This document shows, one piece after another, positions 46,138 through 55,761 of a stretch of 64,000 nt of DNA. The notes beneath the pieces are model-generated. The model was not told the DNA's origin, searched no databases, and saw only the letters and a program-made list of their open reading frames with translations. The translations under genes were made by a program, and so were the position numbers. Origin of the DNA: Alphaproteobacteria bacterium (GTDB lineage: Bacteria; Pseudomonadota; Alphaproteobacteria; JAAXGF01); the NCBI GenBank assembly GCA_963555825.3, contig CAUVXB020000002.1, positions 1,952,001 to 2,016,000 of the forward strand. The letters are read 5' to 3'. Within the stretch, counting starts at the first letter, position 1. The number at the start of each line of letters is the position of its first letter.

Positions 46138-46567
46138 CCCATAAACCCTTCAGACACCTTGGACGCGTCGTCCCGGGCCACTGGCTCGCGACGACGCCGA
46201 CTTCCGCCCGTAAGCCGGTCAAGGAATCCCCCGGGGACACGCCATCCCCGTTTCATTGACATTCGCCGACGATCCGCGATCGCCGGCCTTGCTCTTGCGG
46301 CGCCACCATGGCGCCGGACGGTAAACGACGGTGGACCACCATCGTCGATAGGGTGGTCCGCACTCTGACGCGTTTACCGGAACACGATGTATACTGCACG
46401 CCCAAGGGGCGCCGAACCGCGACATCACCGAGGTCCGGTCAGCAAGATGGGGTAACCGGCGGGCGATTTCAACCCCCCGCCTTCGATGGCAGGCACGCAA
46501 TGGAAGCATCGCTTATCTCGATCGGGCCGATGACCGGCGTGTCGCGCACCCCATATAGGACGGAGCG

Positions 46568-47800
46568 ATGATCCAGAACAGCAGCGCCACCGTCCCGACG
46601 ACCCCGCCACGGCTCGATGGCGAATTCCGCGCCGGCCCGGTCTCGGACTGGCTGACCGGCGAGGCGCGCATGGTTGGCGGGCCGCGCGCGCAGCTCGAAG
46701 GCTTCTGCCGACAACTCCTGGCCGCGGGCCTTCCCTTGTTCCGGGCGAGTTTCAACCTGCAGACGCTGCACCCGCAGTTGCGCGCCCAATCCTTCGTCTG
46801 GGATCGCGCGACGGACACCGCCAAGGCCTTCGACCATAACCGCGCTGTCGACGACTCGCCCGACTATCTCAACAGCCCGGTGGCGGCGATCCACCACGGC
46901 GCCGGCGGCGTGCGCTGCCGCCTCGACGCCGACCCGCCGCAGCTCGACTATCCGCTCATGCACGAACTCGAGGCCGAGGGCGTAACCGATTACGTGATGA
47001 TGCCGATCACCTTTTCCGATGGCACGCTGAACGCCATCTCATGGGCGACCGACCGGCCGGGCGGCTTCTCGACCACGGAGCTCGGCGAGGTCTATTCGCT
47101 GTTGCCGATCCTCGCGCTACTGCTCGAGGTGGCGGTGACGCGCAAGGTCGCCGGCAACGTACTCGATACCTACATCGGCCGCGACGCGGCGCGCCGCGTG
47201 CTCGCCGGCGACATCACGCTCGGCAGCGGCGAGACGATCACGGCGGCGCTGTGGTACTGCGACATGCGCGGCTTCACCGTGATGACCGAAACGCTGCCGC
47301 GCGACGAGGTCCTCGCGACGCTCAACGATTACTTCGAATGCATGGTCGGCGCGGTGCACGCCCAACACGGCTCGGTGCTCAAGTTCATGGGCGACGGCAT
47401 GCTGGCGATTTTCGCTTGCGGCGATGCGCCGATCTGTGACGCCGCGTCCTGCGCGCTGGGCGCCGCGGTCGATGCGCTCGAGGCACTGGACGCGCTCAAT
47501 GTCGACCGCGTGGCGGCCGGCAAATCGGCGCTGGAAACCGGCCTCGCGCTTCACTTCGGCGATGTCATGTACGGCAATATCGGCGCCGGCGACCGGCTCG
47601 ATTTCACGGTCATCGGCCCGGCCGTCAACGAGGTGGCGCGCGTCGAGCAGGTTTGCCGCGAGGTCGAGCCGCGGATCCTGCTGACCAAGGCGTTCGCCGA
47701 GGCGAGCATCGACGAACTGGTTTCGCTCGGCACCTTCGGCTTGCGCGGCGTGGCGATGCCGCAGGAACTTTTCACACTGCCGGCCGGCGACCCGAACTAG
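46568..47800 (+). CDS. Class III adenylate/guanylate cyclase with N-terminal GAF-like region
   Basis: CDMRGFT, LKFMGDGML, DFTVIGPAVNEVARVE. Confidence 0.88.
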   Translation: MIQNSSATVPTTPPRLDGEFRAGPVSDWLTGEARMVGGPRAQLEGFCRQLLAAGLPLFRASFNLQTLHPQLRAQSFVWDRATDTAKAFDHNRAVDDSPDYLNSPVAAIHHGAGGVRCRLDADPPQLDYPLMHELEAEGVTDYVMMPITFSDGTLNAISWATDRPGGFSTTELGEVYSLLPILALLLEVAVTRKVAGNVLDTYIGRDAARRVLAGDITLGSGETITAALWYCDMRGFTVMTETLPRDEVLATLNDYFECMVGAVHAQHGSVLKFMGDGMLAIFACGDAPICDAASCALGAAVDALEALDALNVDRVAAGKSALETGLALHFGDVMYGNIGAGDRLDFTVIGPAVNEVARVEQVCREVEPRILLTKAFAEASIDELVSLGTFGLRGVAMPQELFTLPAGDPN

Positions 47801-48339
47801 CCCGGCCTACGCCCGGCTATTTGTCGACCTCGATATCGTCGGATGTGCTGTCGGTATCGATGATGATGCCGACATCCCAATCGATGATGTCGTATTTGGC
47901 GTCCGACATATTGCCGGTCCGGTCACCCTCGCCGCCGCCCAGGTTCGTCCGCACCGCCGGTCGGCGCATCTCGTCGGCGCCGCCCGGCGCGGCGGTATCG
48001 GCGACCTCGCGTTCGGCATCCGGTTCGGCAGTCGTCGCCGGGTCATCGTCGGCTTCGGACTCATCGCCGACCGTCCCGTCGTCCTCGGCTTTCGGCCCGT
48101 CCTCGACCCCGTCGTCGTCTTCCGGTGACGTCGGTGCGAGCGCCGCGGTCGCCTCGGACGTCGCGGTTTCGGGCGTCTCGGCCGTTTCCTGTGCCGCCAC
48201 GGCGTCCTGCGTTGCCGGTTCTGCCGACGGATCGACCGTGGCGAACAGTATCTCCGTCTCGACGTCGTCGTCGGACGGCGGCGGAACCGTCGGTTCGACC
48301 CAAACGGCCGCGTCGGTGCTGGACGGCGCGTCATCGGCC

Positions 48340-49437
48340 GACGCCGTATCGGAATCGACCGCGCCGCCCGGTTCGCCCTGCAGTGACACAACCGACGGCG
48401 CGTCGACCGAGAATTCCTTGGCCGGCGCCATCTCTTCGGTGCCGTGGCCCGTATCGTCGAGGCGCCGGCGCGGTATCGGCTCGGACGCCTCGACGGGCGC
48501 TGGCAGGCTCGTGGCGGTTTCCTCGTCTGCCGCCGCGTCAGGCGTGACCGTGGCGGTTTCGACAGGCGTTCCGGCCGGCGCCGTGGTATCCGGCACCGCT
48601 TCGTCTTGAGCCGGCGCGTCGGGCGCGTCGCCCACTGGCGCGGTCGTGGAAATTTCGGGCAAGATCACGATGGGCGGCGGCAGCGGTTCGTCGTCCGGCT
48701 CGGCCGCCGCCGTATCGGAATCGACCGCGCCGCCCGGTTCGTCCTGCAGTGACACAACCGACGGTGCGTCGACCGGGAATTCCTTGGCCGGCGCCATCTC
48801 TTCGGTGCCGTGGCCCGTGTCGTCGAGGCGCCGGCGCGGTATCGGCTCGGACGCCTCGACGGGCGTTGGCGCGATTGTGGCGGTTTCCTCGTCCACCGCC
48901 GCGTCAGGCGTGACCGCGGCGGTTTCGACCGGCGTTCCGGCCGGCGCCGTGGTATCCGGCACCGCTTCGTCTTGAGCCGGCGCGTCGGGCGCGTCGCCCA
49001 CTGGCGCGGTCGCGGAAATTTCGGGCAAGATCACGATGGGCGGCGGCAGCGGTTCGTCGTCCGGCTCGGCCGCCGCCGTATCGGAATCGACCGCGCCGCC
49101 CGGTTCGTCCTGCAGTGATACAACCGACGGTGCGTCGACCGGGAATCCCTTGGCCGGCGCCATCTCTTCGGTGCTGTGGCCCTTGTCGTGGAGACGCCAG
49201 CGCGGTATCGGCTCGGACGCCTCGACGGGCGCCGGCGCGATTGTGGCGGTTTCCTCGTCCACCGCCGCGTCAGGCGTGACCGCGGCGGTTTCGACCGGCG
49301 TTCCGGCCGGCGCCGTGGTATCCGGCACCGCTTCGTCTTGAGCCGGCGCGTCGGGCGCGCCGGCCTCTGGCGCGGTCTCGGAAATTTCAGGCACGATCAC
49401 GATGGGCGGCGGCAGCGGTTCGTCGTCCGGCTCGGCC
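48340..49437. repeat. Three tandem copies of a 366-bp (122-aa) acidic unit
   Basis: Near-identical blocks at a 366-nt period (e.g. 48444/48810/49176). Confidence 0.9.
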
Positions 49438-49679
49438 GCCGCGGCCGGCACGAGCGTCGCAACGGCCGGGCGCTGCGTCGCTTCCTCGATCTGTTCGGGC
49501 TCGATCTGTTCGGGCTCGATCTGTTCGGGCTCGATTGGTTCGGGCGCCACGACCGCTTCACGTTCGACCGGCTGTTCGGGCGGCGGCAGCACACTCAACC
49601 GTTCGCGCCGTCGCGGCTTACGCGCCGTTATTGGCTGCGGGGCGGGCTCGACCGCTGCCGTTTCCTCGATCCGCTCGGG

Positions 49680-50890
49680 TTCCGGCGCGGGCACGACGAC
49701 GATAGCCGGCTCGGGCTCTGGCTCGGGCGCGGGTTCCGACGTCGGCACGACGACGATAGCCGGCTCGGGCTCGGGCTCTGGCTCGGGTTCGGGTGCTGGC
49801 ACGACGACGATAACGGACTCGGGTTCCGGTTCGGGTTCCGACGTCGGCACGACGACGATAGCCGGCTCGGGCTCGGGCTCTGGCTCGGGTTCGGGTGCTG
49901 GCACGACGACGATAACCGGCTCGGGCTCGGGCTCGGGTTCCGGCGTCGGCGCGACGACGATAGCCGGCTCGGGCTCTGGCTCGGGCTCGGGTGCTGGCAC
50001 GACGACGATAACGGGCTCGGGTTCCGGTTCGGGTTCCGGCGTCGGCGCGACGACGATAACCGGCTCGGGCTCGGGCTCGGGTTCCGGTGCTGGCACGACG
50101 ACGATAGCCGGCTCGGGCTCGGGCGCGGGTGCCGGCGTCGGCGCGACGACGATGCCGGCTCGGGCTCGGGCTCGGGCTCGGGCGCGGGTTCGGCGCGGGC
50201 ACGACGACGATAACCGGCTCGGGTTCCGGTTCGGGTTCCGGCGTCGGCGCGACGACGATAGCCGGCTCGGGCGCGGGTTCGGGCTCGGGCACGACGACGA
50301 TAACCGGCTCGGGCTCTGGCTCGGGTTCCGGCGTCGGCGCGACGACGATAGCCGGCTCGGGCTCGGGCTCTGGCTCGGGTGCTGGCACGACGACGATAAC
50401 GGGCTCGGGTTCCGGTTCGGGTTCCGGCGTCGGCACGACGACGATAACCGGCTCGGGTTCTGGTTCGGGTTCCGGCGTCGGCGCGACGACGATAACCGGC
50501 TCGGGCTCGGGCTCGGGTTCCGGTGCTGGCACGACGACGATAGCCGGCTCGGGCTCGGGCTCGGGCTCGGGCGCGGGTTCGGGCTCGGGCACGACGACGA
50601 TAACCGGCTCGGGCTCTGGCTCGGGTTCCGGCGTCGGCGCGACGACGATAGCCGGCTCGGGCTCGGGTTCCGGTGCTGGCACGACGACGATAACCGGCTC
50701 GGGCTCGGGCGCGGGTGCCGGCGTCGGCGCGACGACGATAGCCGGCTCGGGCTCGGGCTCGGGCGCGGGTTCGGGCGCGGGCACGACGACGATAACCGGC
50801 TCGGGTTCCGGTTCGGGTTCCGGTGCTGGCACGACGACGATAACCGGCTCGGGCGCGGGCGCGGGTTCCGGCGCCGGCGTCACGACGACG
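49680..50890. repeat. Minisatellite of about 24-25 units encoding (PE)nP(A/V)IVV(V/A)P(A/T) on minus strand
   Basis: Recurring GACGACGATA core separated by variable numbers of CTCGGG/TTCCGG hexamers. Confidence 0.92.
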
Positions 50891-52030
50891 GGTGCCGGCG
50901 GCGTATTGCGCGCGCGCGTCACCCTGCCGCGCGGCGCGCAGGAATCAGCTGCGCGCCTGCTCGGGGCGCGCCGAGCCGCCGATGGCGTCGCGCAGCATGA
51001 CCGCGGTGCTGTATTGGGCATCGACGTCGCCGAGCGCCGCGCCGCGCCGGAACCACGCCAAGGCCATGACGTCGTCGCTCTGCACGCCTTCGCCGTTGCG
51101 GTACATCTCGCCCAGGTTGGTGGCGGCACGCGCCTCGCCCTGGGCGGCGGCGCGGCGAAACCATTCGAGCGCCGCGGCGATGTCCGGCGAACCACCAGTG
51201 CCCGCGCGATAGAGCGACGCGAGCCGCATTTGGGCGTCCGGGTCGCCGACGTCGGCGGCGGCCTGCAACGCGTGCATCTCGCCGGACGCGTCCGCGCCGT
51301 TTTCGTCGAGGCGCTGGGCCGCGTCGGTATGGCCTTCGGCCGCCGCCAGCCGGTACCAACGACCCGCCGCATCGAGATCCTTCGGCACACCGCGGCCGGT
51401 ACGGTAGAGCTCGGCGAGCTCGAACTGCGCCGGCGCCAGCCCGAAGCCAGCGGCCTTGCGCAACAGGCGCGCGGCGTCTTCCTCATCCTTGGGCACGCCC
51501 TCGCCGTCGAGGTAGAGGAGGCCCAGGTGATACGACGCCATGGGGTGACCCAGATCGGCCGCCCGGCGGTACCAGCGCGCCGCCTGCGACGGGTTGCGCG
51601 GCACGCCCTCGCCGAGCCGATAGATATGGCCGAGATGCAGCTGGGTGACCGCGAAATCCTGCTCGGCGGCGAGCCGGAACAGCGCGATGCCAGCCGCCGG
51701 GTCGGCGGTGATGCCGAGCCCCTTGAGGTACATGTTGGCGAGGTTGGCCTGGGCGCGCGCGTTGTTCTGGTTGGTCGCCTTGCGATACCACTCCAGCGCG
51801 GTCGTGTAGTTCTGCGCGACGCCGCGCCCCATGCGATACAAGTGGCCCAGGTTGGTCTGTGCGCGCGCATCGCCCTGTCCGGCGAGCGGCAGCCATTCCT
51901 CGTAGGCGGCCATGTAGTCGCCCCTGTCGTAGGCACCGACCCCGGCGCGGAAGTCGGCCATCGCCGGCCAGGCGAACGCGACCGAGAGAAGCGCGGCGAG
52001 CGCAGAAACTCTGAGCGGGATGATGCGCAA

Positions 52031-52292
52031 TACCAAGGAGCAGTGATAAAGGCCCATAGAGATCGCGTCCGCTTTTCGCCGGTGAGGCAAGGGAGCCGCA
52101 GGCGATGCAGCGCATCGGCTAGGCAACCTGGCGCCCTCCGGCGATAAGCGGACGCGACCCGAAGGGCGGCTTGCCGAGGCTCTCGGTCGTCGTTGCGCCC
52201 GCCTTGCGATGCGCTGCATCGCCGCGACGGGCGCGCCTAGCCGAAAACCACGGCAAGCCGTCTCCATGGGTCTTTATCACTGGTCCTTGGTA
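52031..52292. mobile_element. 262-nt structured element, copy 2 (TAC...GTA)
   Basis: IRs 52030-52062/52261-52293 (30/33), 52063-52082/52138-52157 (19/20), 52167-52176/52251-52260 (10/10); junction motifs shared with 9066-9328. Confidence 0.8.
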
Positions 52293-52351
52293 TGACATGG
52301 GGCGCCTTAAGATTAACTCATCGCAACGGCCGGGGACACGTAAAGTTCCGC

Positions 52352-52840
52352 TCACGCGAGGTTGACCAATTCCTCGTCGGTCAGGTTGCCGGGCACGATA
52401 ACGAGCGGAATATGGAGCTGCCCGGCGAGATGGCCGGCGAGCCATGAAATCAGCTCGCCGTGCTTGGTGTCGGGCGGCTGCGCGCCGACGACCAGGAAGT
52501 TGATCGACGGATCCTCTTCGACCGCGGCGAGGATCTCGTCGCCGATGCGGCCCTCGCGGACGTTGAGCTCGGGCATCACGCCGGCCCATTCGTTGACCTC
52601 GGCGCCGAGCTCTTGAAGCAGGTGCTCGGCTGCCTCGCGCTGCTCGTCGCGCATGACGTCCGCGACCGCCATCCAGTGCTGGAACTCGGCCTGGGCGATG
52701 ACCGTCATCAACACCACCCGGCCCTGCGTGTTCTTGGCGCGCAGGCAGGCGAACCGAACCGCGACACGCGACCAGGGACTGCCGTCCACGCAGACGAGAT
52801 ATCGGGCCCGACCAGGCTTGTGAGCCGGTGCGTCCGCCAT
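52352..52840 (-). CDS. Universal stress protein (UspA family)
   Basis: YLVCVDGS, LVVGA, IPLVIVPG. Confidence 0.9.
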   Translation of the reverse strand: MADAPAHKPGRARYLVCVDGSPWSRVAVRFACLRAKNTQGRVVLMTVIAQAEFQHWMAVADVMRDEQREAAEHLLQELGAEVNEWAGVMPELNVREGRIGDEILAAVEEDPSINFLVVGAQPPDTKHGELISWLAGHLAGQLHIPLVIVPGNLTDEELVNLA

Positions 52841-52947
52841 TGCGCCACTCTCCACAATACCCATTGCGCGCCGTCATTCTGCCATCGCACCGCCGGGTCC
52901 CGCAACCACGGCATTTCCCGCCTCCCGGGTGATAACGAATATCTCTT

Positions 52948-54015
52948 TTATTTCAAGAGGATGTTGGTGACTTCACGGAGCTGCGTACGGGCCCGAAGCA
53001 GGTAGAACCCCTGCGCCGCGAGGTGGCTGGGCAGGATTTGGGCGTCGGGCGCGCCGTTGACGACGACCCAGGGGTCGAGCTCGGCGGCGGCCTTGAAGCT
53101 GCCGAGCATCTGCTGCCAGACGGGGCCGAGTTCGCGTTCCTCGATGACGTTGCGGTAATCGACCGCGAGCGCGTCGAGCAGCAGATAATAGGCGTAAAGC
53201 CGGCCCTTGACGCCGTAGAACAGGTCGTCCGCCTCGGTGTCGATCAGCCAGCCAGCGTTGTCGCGAATGTGGCGGTCGAGCGCGGCCGACGACGAGCCGA
53301 CGTCGGCGGCGATGCGGTCGAGCGTCGCCAACAGGTTGTCGGCGCGCCGCTCGAACATTGCCCGGCCCTGGGCGAGCCGCTCGTTGTAACGCACGAGCGC
53401 GCGCCGTGCCGCGCGGTACTGGGCCTCCGACGTCGCGGTCGGCGCGAGCGAGATCGAGAAGTCGAAGATCCACACCGTTCCCGGGTATTTGAGCAGCCCG
53501 GCTGCCTTCTCGAGGTCGGCGTCGACCTCGCTCGAGCCGCGCATGCGGCCGATCTGGTCGGTCAGCTCGATGGCGAAGCGCGATAGCGCCGCGAAGATGC
53601 CCTGCTGGAAGTTGGGCATGTTGTCGAGCGCCGCGGCGGGCAGGAAGAACGGATCGTTCGCCGTCCAGCGATTCTGATCGACCTCGCGCGCGATCAGCGC
53701 GATGGCAAGGCCGACTGCTTCGCTCGCGCCGGGCAGCGCATCGGCCGGCGGCGCGCGGAAGTCGGTGTCGTCGTCGACCCGGTGCACCCAGATCATGCCG
53801 ATCGGGTAGTAGAGCGCGAGCAGAACCAGGATCAGCCCGACAATGCCGCCGAGGCGCAAGCGGCGCCGGACGGGCGGGGCGGGCGACGCCGCCGTCACGG
53901 GCTTGTCGTATGCCTCTATGACATCGTCGTCTTGTGATCTGGCGAGCGGGGCCGGTTCGTCGTCCGGCTCCCCGGGTTCCCGCGGCCCGTCCGGGCGCGA
54001 TGTGTCGTCGCTCAT
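52948..54015 (-). CDS. DUF2333-like membrane-anchored protein
   Basis: Single TM helix; WTANDPFF..LDNMPNFQQG, PSHLAAQGFYLLRA; family recognised from memory. Confidence 0.7.
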   Translation of the reverse strand: MSDDTSRPDGPREPGEPDDEPAPLARSQDDDVIEAYDKPVTAASPAPPVRRRLRLGGIVGLILVLLALYYPIGMIWVHRVDDDTDFRAPPADALPGASEAVGLAIALIAREVDQNRWTANDPFFLPAAALDNMPNFQQGIFAALSRFAIELTDQIGRMRGSSEVDADLEKAAGLLKYPGTVWIFDFSISLAPTATSEAQYRAARRALVRYNERLAQGRAMFERRADNLLATLDRIAADVGSSSAALDRHIRDNAGWLIDTEADDLFYGVKGRLYAYYLLLDALAVDYRNVIEERELGPVWQQMLGSFKAAAELDPWVVVNGAPDAQILPSHLAAQGFYLLRARTQLREVTNILLK

Positions 54016-54037
54016 CGATTGTATCTAGTGAGCTGGC

Positions 54038-55036
54038 TTACGGTCGCAATAGGCCGACCAGCTCGCGTACCTCGGCCATGTGACGCCGGGCCATCTCCGC
54101 GGCGCGCGCGCCGCCGCGCTGGAGAACGCCGTCGATGAAGCCCGGATCGGCCATCAGACGCCGCATCTCGCCGCCGATCGGCTCGAGCACCGAGACCGCG
54201 AGGTCGGCGAGTTCGCGCTTGAAGCCCGAGAATTGCGCGCCGGCGAATTTCTCGCATACCGCCTCGGCCGAGATGCCAGCGAGCGCGGCGTAGATGCCGA
54301 TCAGGTTGGCGGCCTCGGCGCGGCCTTCGAGGCCCTCGGGGGTCGCCGGCAACGGTTCGGCGTCGGTGCGCGCCTTGCGCACCTTGAGCGCGATGGCTTC
54401 GGCGTCGTCGGTCAGGTTGATGCGCGAATAGTCCGACTGATCCGATTTCGACATCTTGGCGGCGCCGTCGCGCAGCGACATGACGCGCGTCGCGGCGCCG
54501 AAGATCTGCGGCTCGGGCAGCGGGAAGCATTCGACGCCGTAATGGCGGTTGAAAGCGCCGGCAATGTCGCGTGAAAGCTCCAGGTGCTGCTTCTGGTCGT
54601 CACCGACCGGCACGTGGGTCGCCTTGTACAAGAGGATATCGGCGGCCATCAGCACCGGATAGCCATAGAGCCCGAGACCCGCGTTCTCGCGGTGCTTGCC
54701 GGCCTTTTCCTTGAACTGGGTCATGCGGTTGAGCCAGCCGAGCGGCGTCATGCAGCCGAGGATCCAGGCGAGCTCCGAATGCTCGGCAACGGCGCTCTGG
54801 TTGAAGACGATGCAGCGCTCAGTGTCGACGCCCGCGGCGATCATGCCGGCGGTCACCTCGCGCACGTTGCGGCGCAGCTCGTCCGCGTCTTGCGGCAGGG
54901 TGATGGCGTGCAGATCGACGATGCAATAGATCGACTCGAAATCGTCCTGCAGCGACACCCAGTTGCGGATCGCGCCCAGATAGTTGCCGAGGTGCAGGTT
55001 GCCGGTCGGCTGAATGCCCGAGAAGATGCGGTTCAT
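54038..55036 (-). CDS. trpS: Tryptophanyl-tRNA synthetase
   Basis: [42 protein letters not shown]. Confidence 0.97.
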   Translation of the reverse strand: MNRIFSGIQPTGNLHLGNYLGAIRNWVSLQDDFESIYCIVDLHAITLPQDADELRRNVREVTAGMIAAGVDTERCIVFNQSAVAEHSELAWILGCMTPLGWLNRMTQFKEKAGKHRENAGLGLYGYPVLMAADILLYKATHVPVGDDQKQHLELSRDIAGAFNRHYGVECFPLPEPQIFGAATRVMSLRDGAAKMSKSDQSDYSRINLTDDAEAIALKVRKARTDAEPLPATPEGLEGRAEAANLIGIYAALAGISAEAVCEKFAGAQFSGFKRELADLAVSVLEPIGGEMRRLMADPGFIDGVLQRGGARAAEMARRHMAEVRELVGLLRP

Positions 55037-55096
55037 GGCTCGTTTTTCGGAGGTCGGGAAAATGCCGCGCCGTTATGGCGCGCCGGGTCGCCCGGG

Positions 55097-55384
55097 TCAA
55101 GCCGGCTGGTAGCGCTGAACCACGATCCCAGCCGACTTCGCACGCGCCTGCGCCAGATCGAAGGCAAGCTGCATCCGCATCAGATGTTCCATCTTGGGGC
55201 CAAAGGCCTTCTCGATGCGAATCGCCATTTCGGGCGACAGCGACGCCCTTCCGTTCAACAGCTTCGACAATGTCGGACGAGCCACACCCAACACATGTGC
55301 GGCATCCGTGACGCTCAGCCCCAGTGGCTCGATCATTTCGCGCCGGACAAGCACGCCGGGATGTGTCGGGGTCTTCATAGCCAT
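55097..55384 (-). CDS. higA: HigA-family antitoxin
   Basis: PTHPG, LSVTDAA..LGVARPTLSKLLNG, SPEMAIRI, MQLAFDL. Confidence 0.9.
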   Translation of the reverse strand: MAMKTPTHPGVLVRREMIEPLGLSVTDAAHVLGVARPTLSKLLNGRASLSPEMAIRIEKAFGPKMEHLMRMQLAFDLAQARAKSAGIVVQRYQPA

Positions 55385-55396
55385 GATGTGATCCTC

Positions 55397-55681
55397 CTAG
55401 TGATAGTCGATAAAATCGACGTCGAAGGCCTGCCCTTGATCGAAGCGAAATACGATCCGCCAGTTGCCGCTCACCGTGACGCTCCAAGAACCGCCGAGCC
55501 GCCCCTTGAGCCGATGCACGCGCCAACCGGGGAAGAGCGCGACCTCGGACGGACTTGAGGCTTCCTGAAGCGCCGTAAGAATATCCCTGATCTTCTCGAT
55601 CAGGCCGGCCGGAAGCCCGCGCGGATCGTCGTCGACATAGAAGCGTCGCAAGCCCTTGTGCCGAACCGTCGCGATGCTCAT
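55397..55681 (-). CDS. higB: HigB/RelE-family toxin
   Basis: RHKGLRRF, HRLKG, WSVTVSGNWRIVFRF, DFIDYH; toxin-first order. Confidence 0.9.
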   Translation of the reverse strand: MSIATVRHKGLRRFYVDDDPRGLPAGLIEKIRDILTALQEASSPSEVALFPGWRVHRLKGRLGGSWSVTVSGNWRIVFRFDQGQAFDVDFIDYH

Positions 55682-55686
55682 CGGTG

Positions 55687-55715
55687 ATTGTCGTGCGTAA
55701 CGTTACACATGTCAA
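55687..55715 (-). promoter_or_regulatory. Sigma70 promoter with palindromic operator for higBA
   Basis: TTGACA-17 nt-GACAAT; GTAACGTTAC palindrome (55697-55706) in the spacer; ATG 5 nt after the -10. Confidence 0.75.
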
Positions 55716-55761
55716 CAGGCGTGATGGAAATACGACCCAAGTCTCGGACACCTATGGTCTT

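Larger units (their letters stand above)
47817..52030 (-). pseudogene. Giant exported Sel1-repeat protein with Pro/Glu-rich repetitive C-terminus, interrupted
   Basis: Signal peptide and about 8 Sel1 repeats; TGA at 50945-50947 at a Trp position; frame change near 50900; two 1-nt losses near 50153 and 50192. Confidence 0.7.

Noticed and set aside
49680-50890. Possible CRISPR array
   Set aside because: Intervals between cores are hexamer repeats rather than unique spacers, period is mostly a multiple of 3, and there are no cas genes
50945-50947. Alternative genetic code (TGA=Trp) or selenocysteine
   Set aside because: TGA terminates many genes here (polA, katG, rpsO, metK), and the position corresponds to Trp, not Cys
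49402-52147. Plus-strand ORFs encoding [12 protein letters not shown] repeats, resembling ice-nucleation or adhesin proteins
   Set aside because: Antisense shadow of the minus-strand Pro/Glu repeat; the minus frame has normal GC3 codons and continues a real Sel1 gene, while the plus frames lack a signal peptide or recognisable domain
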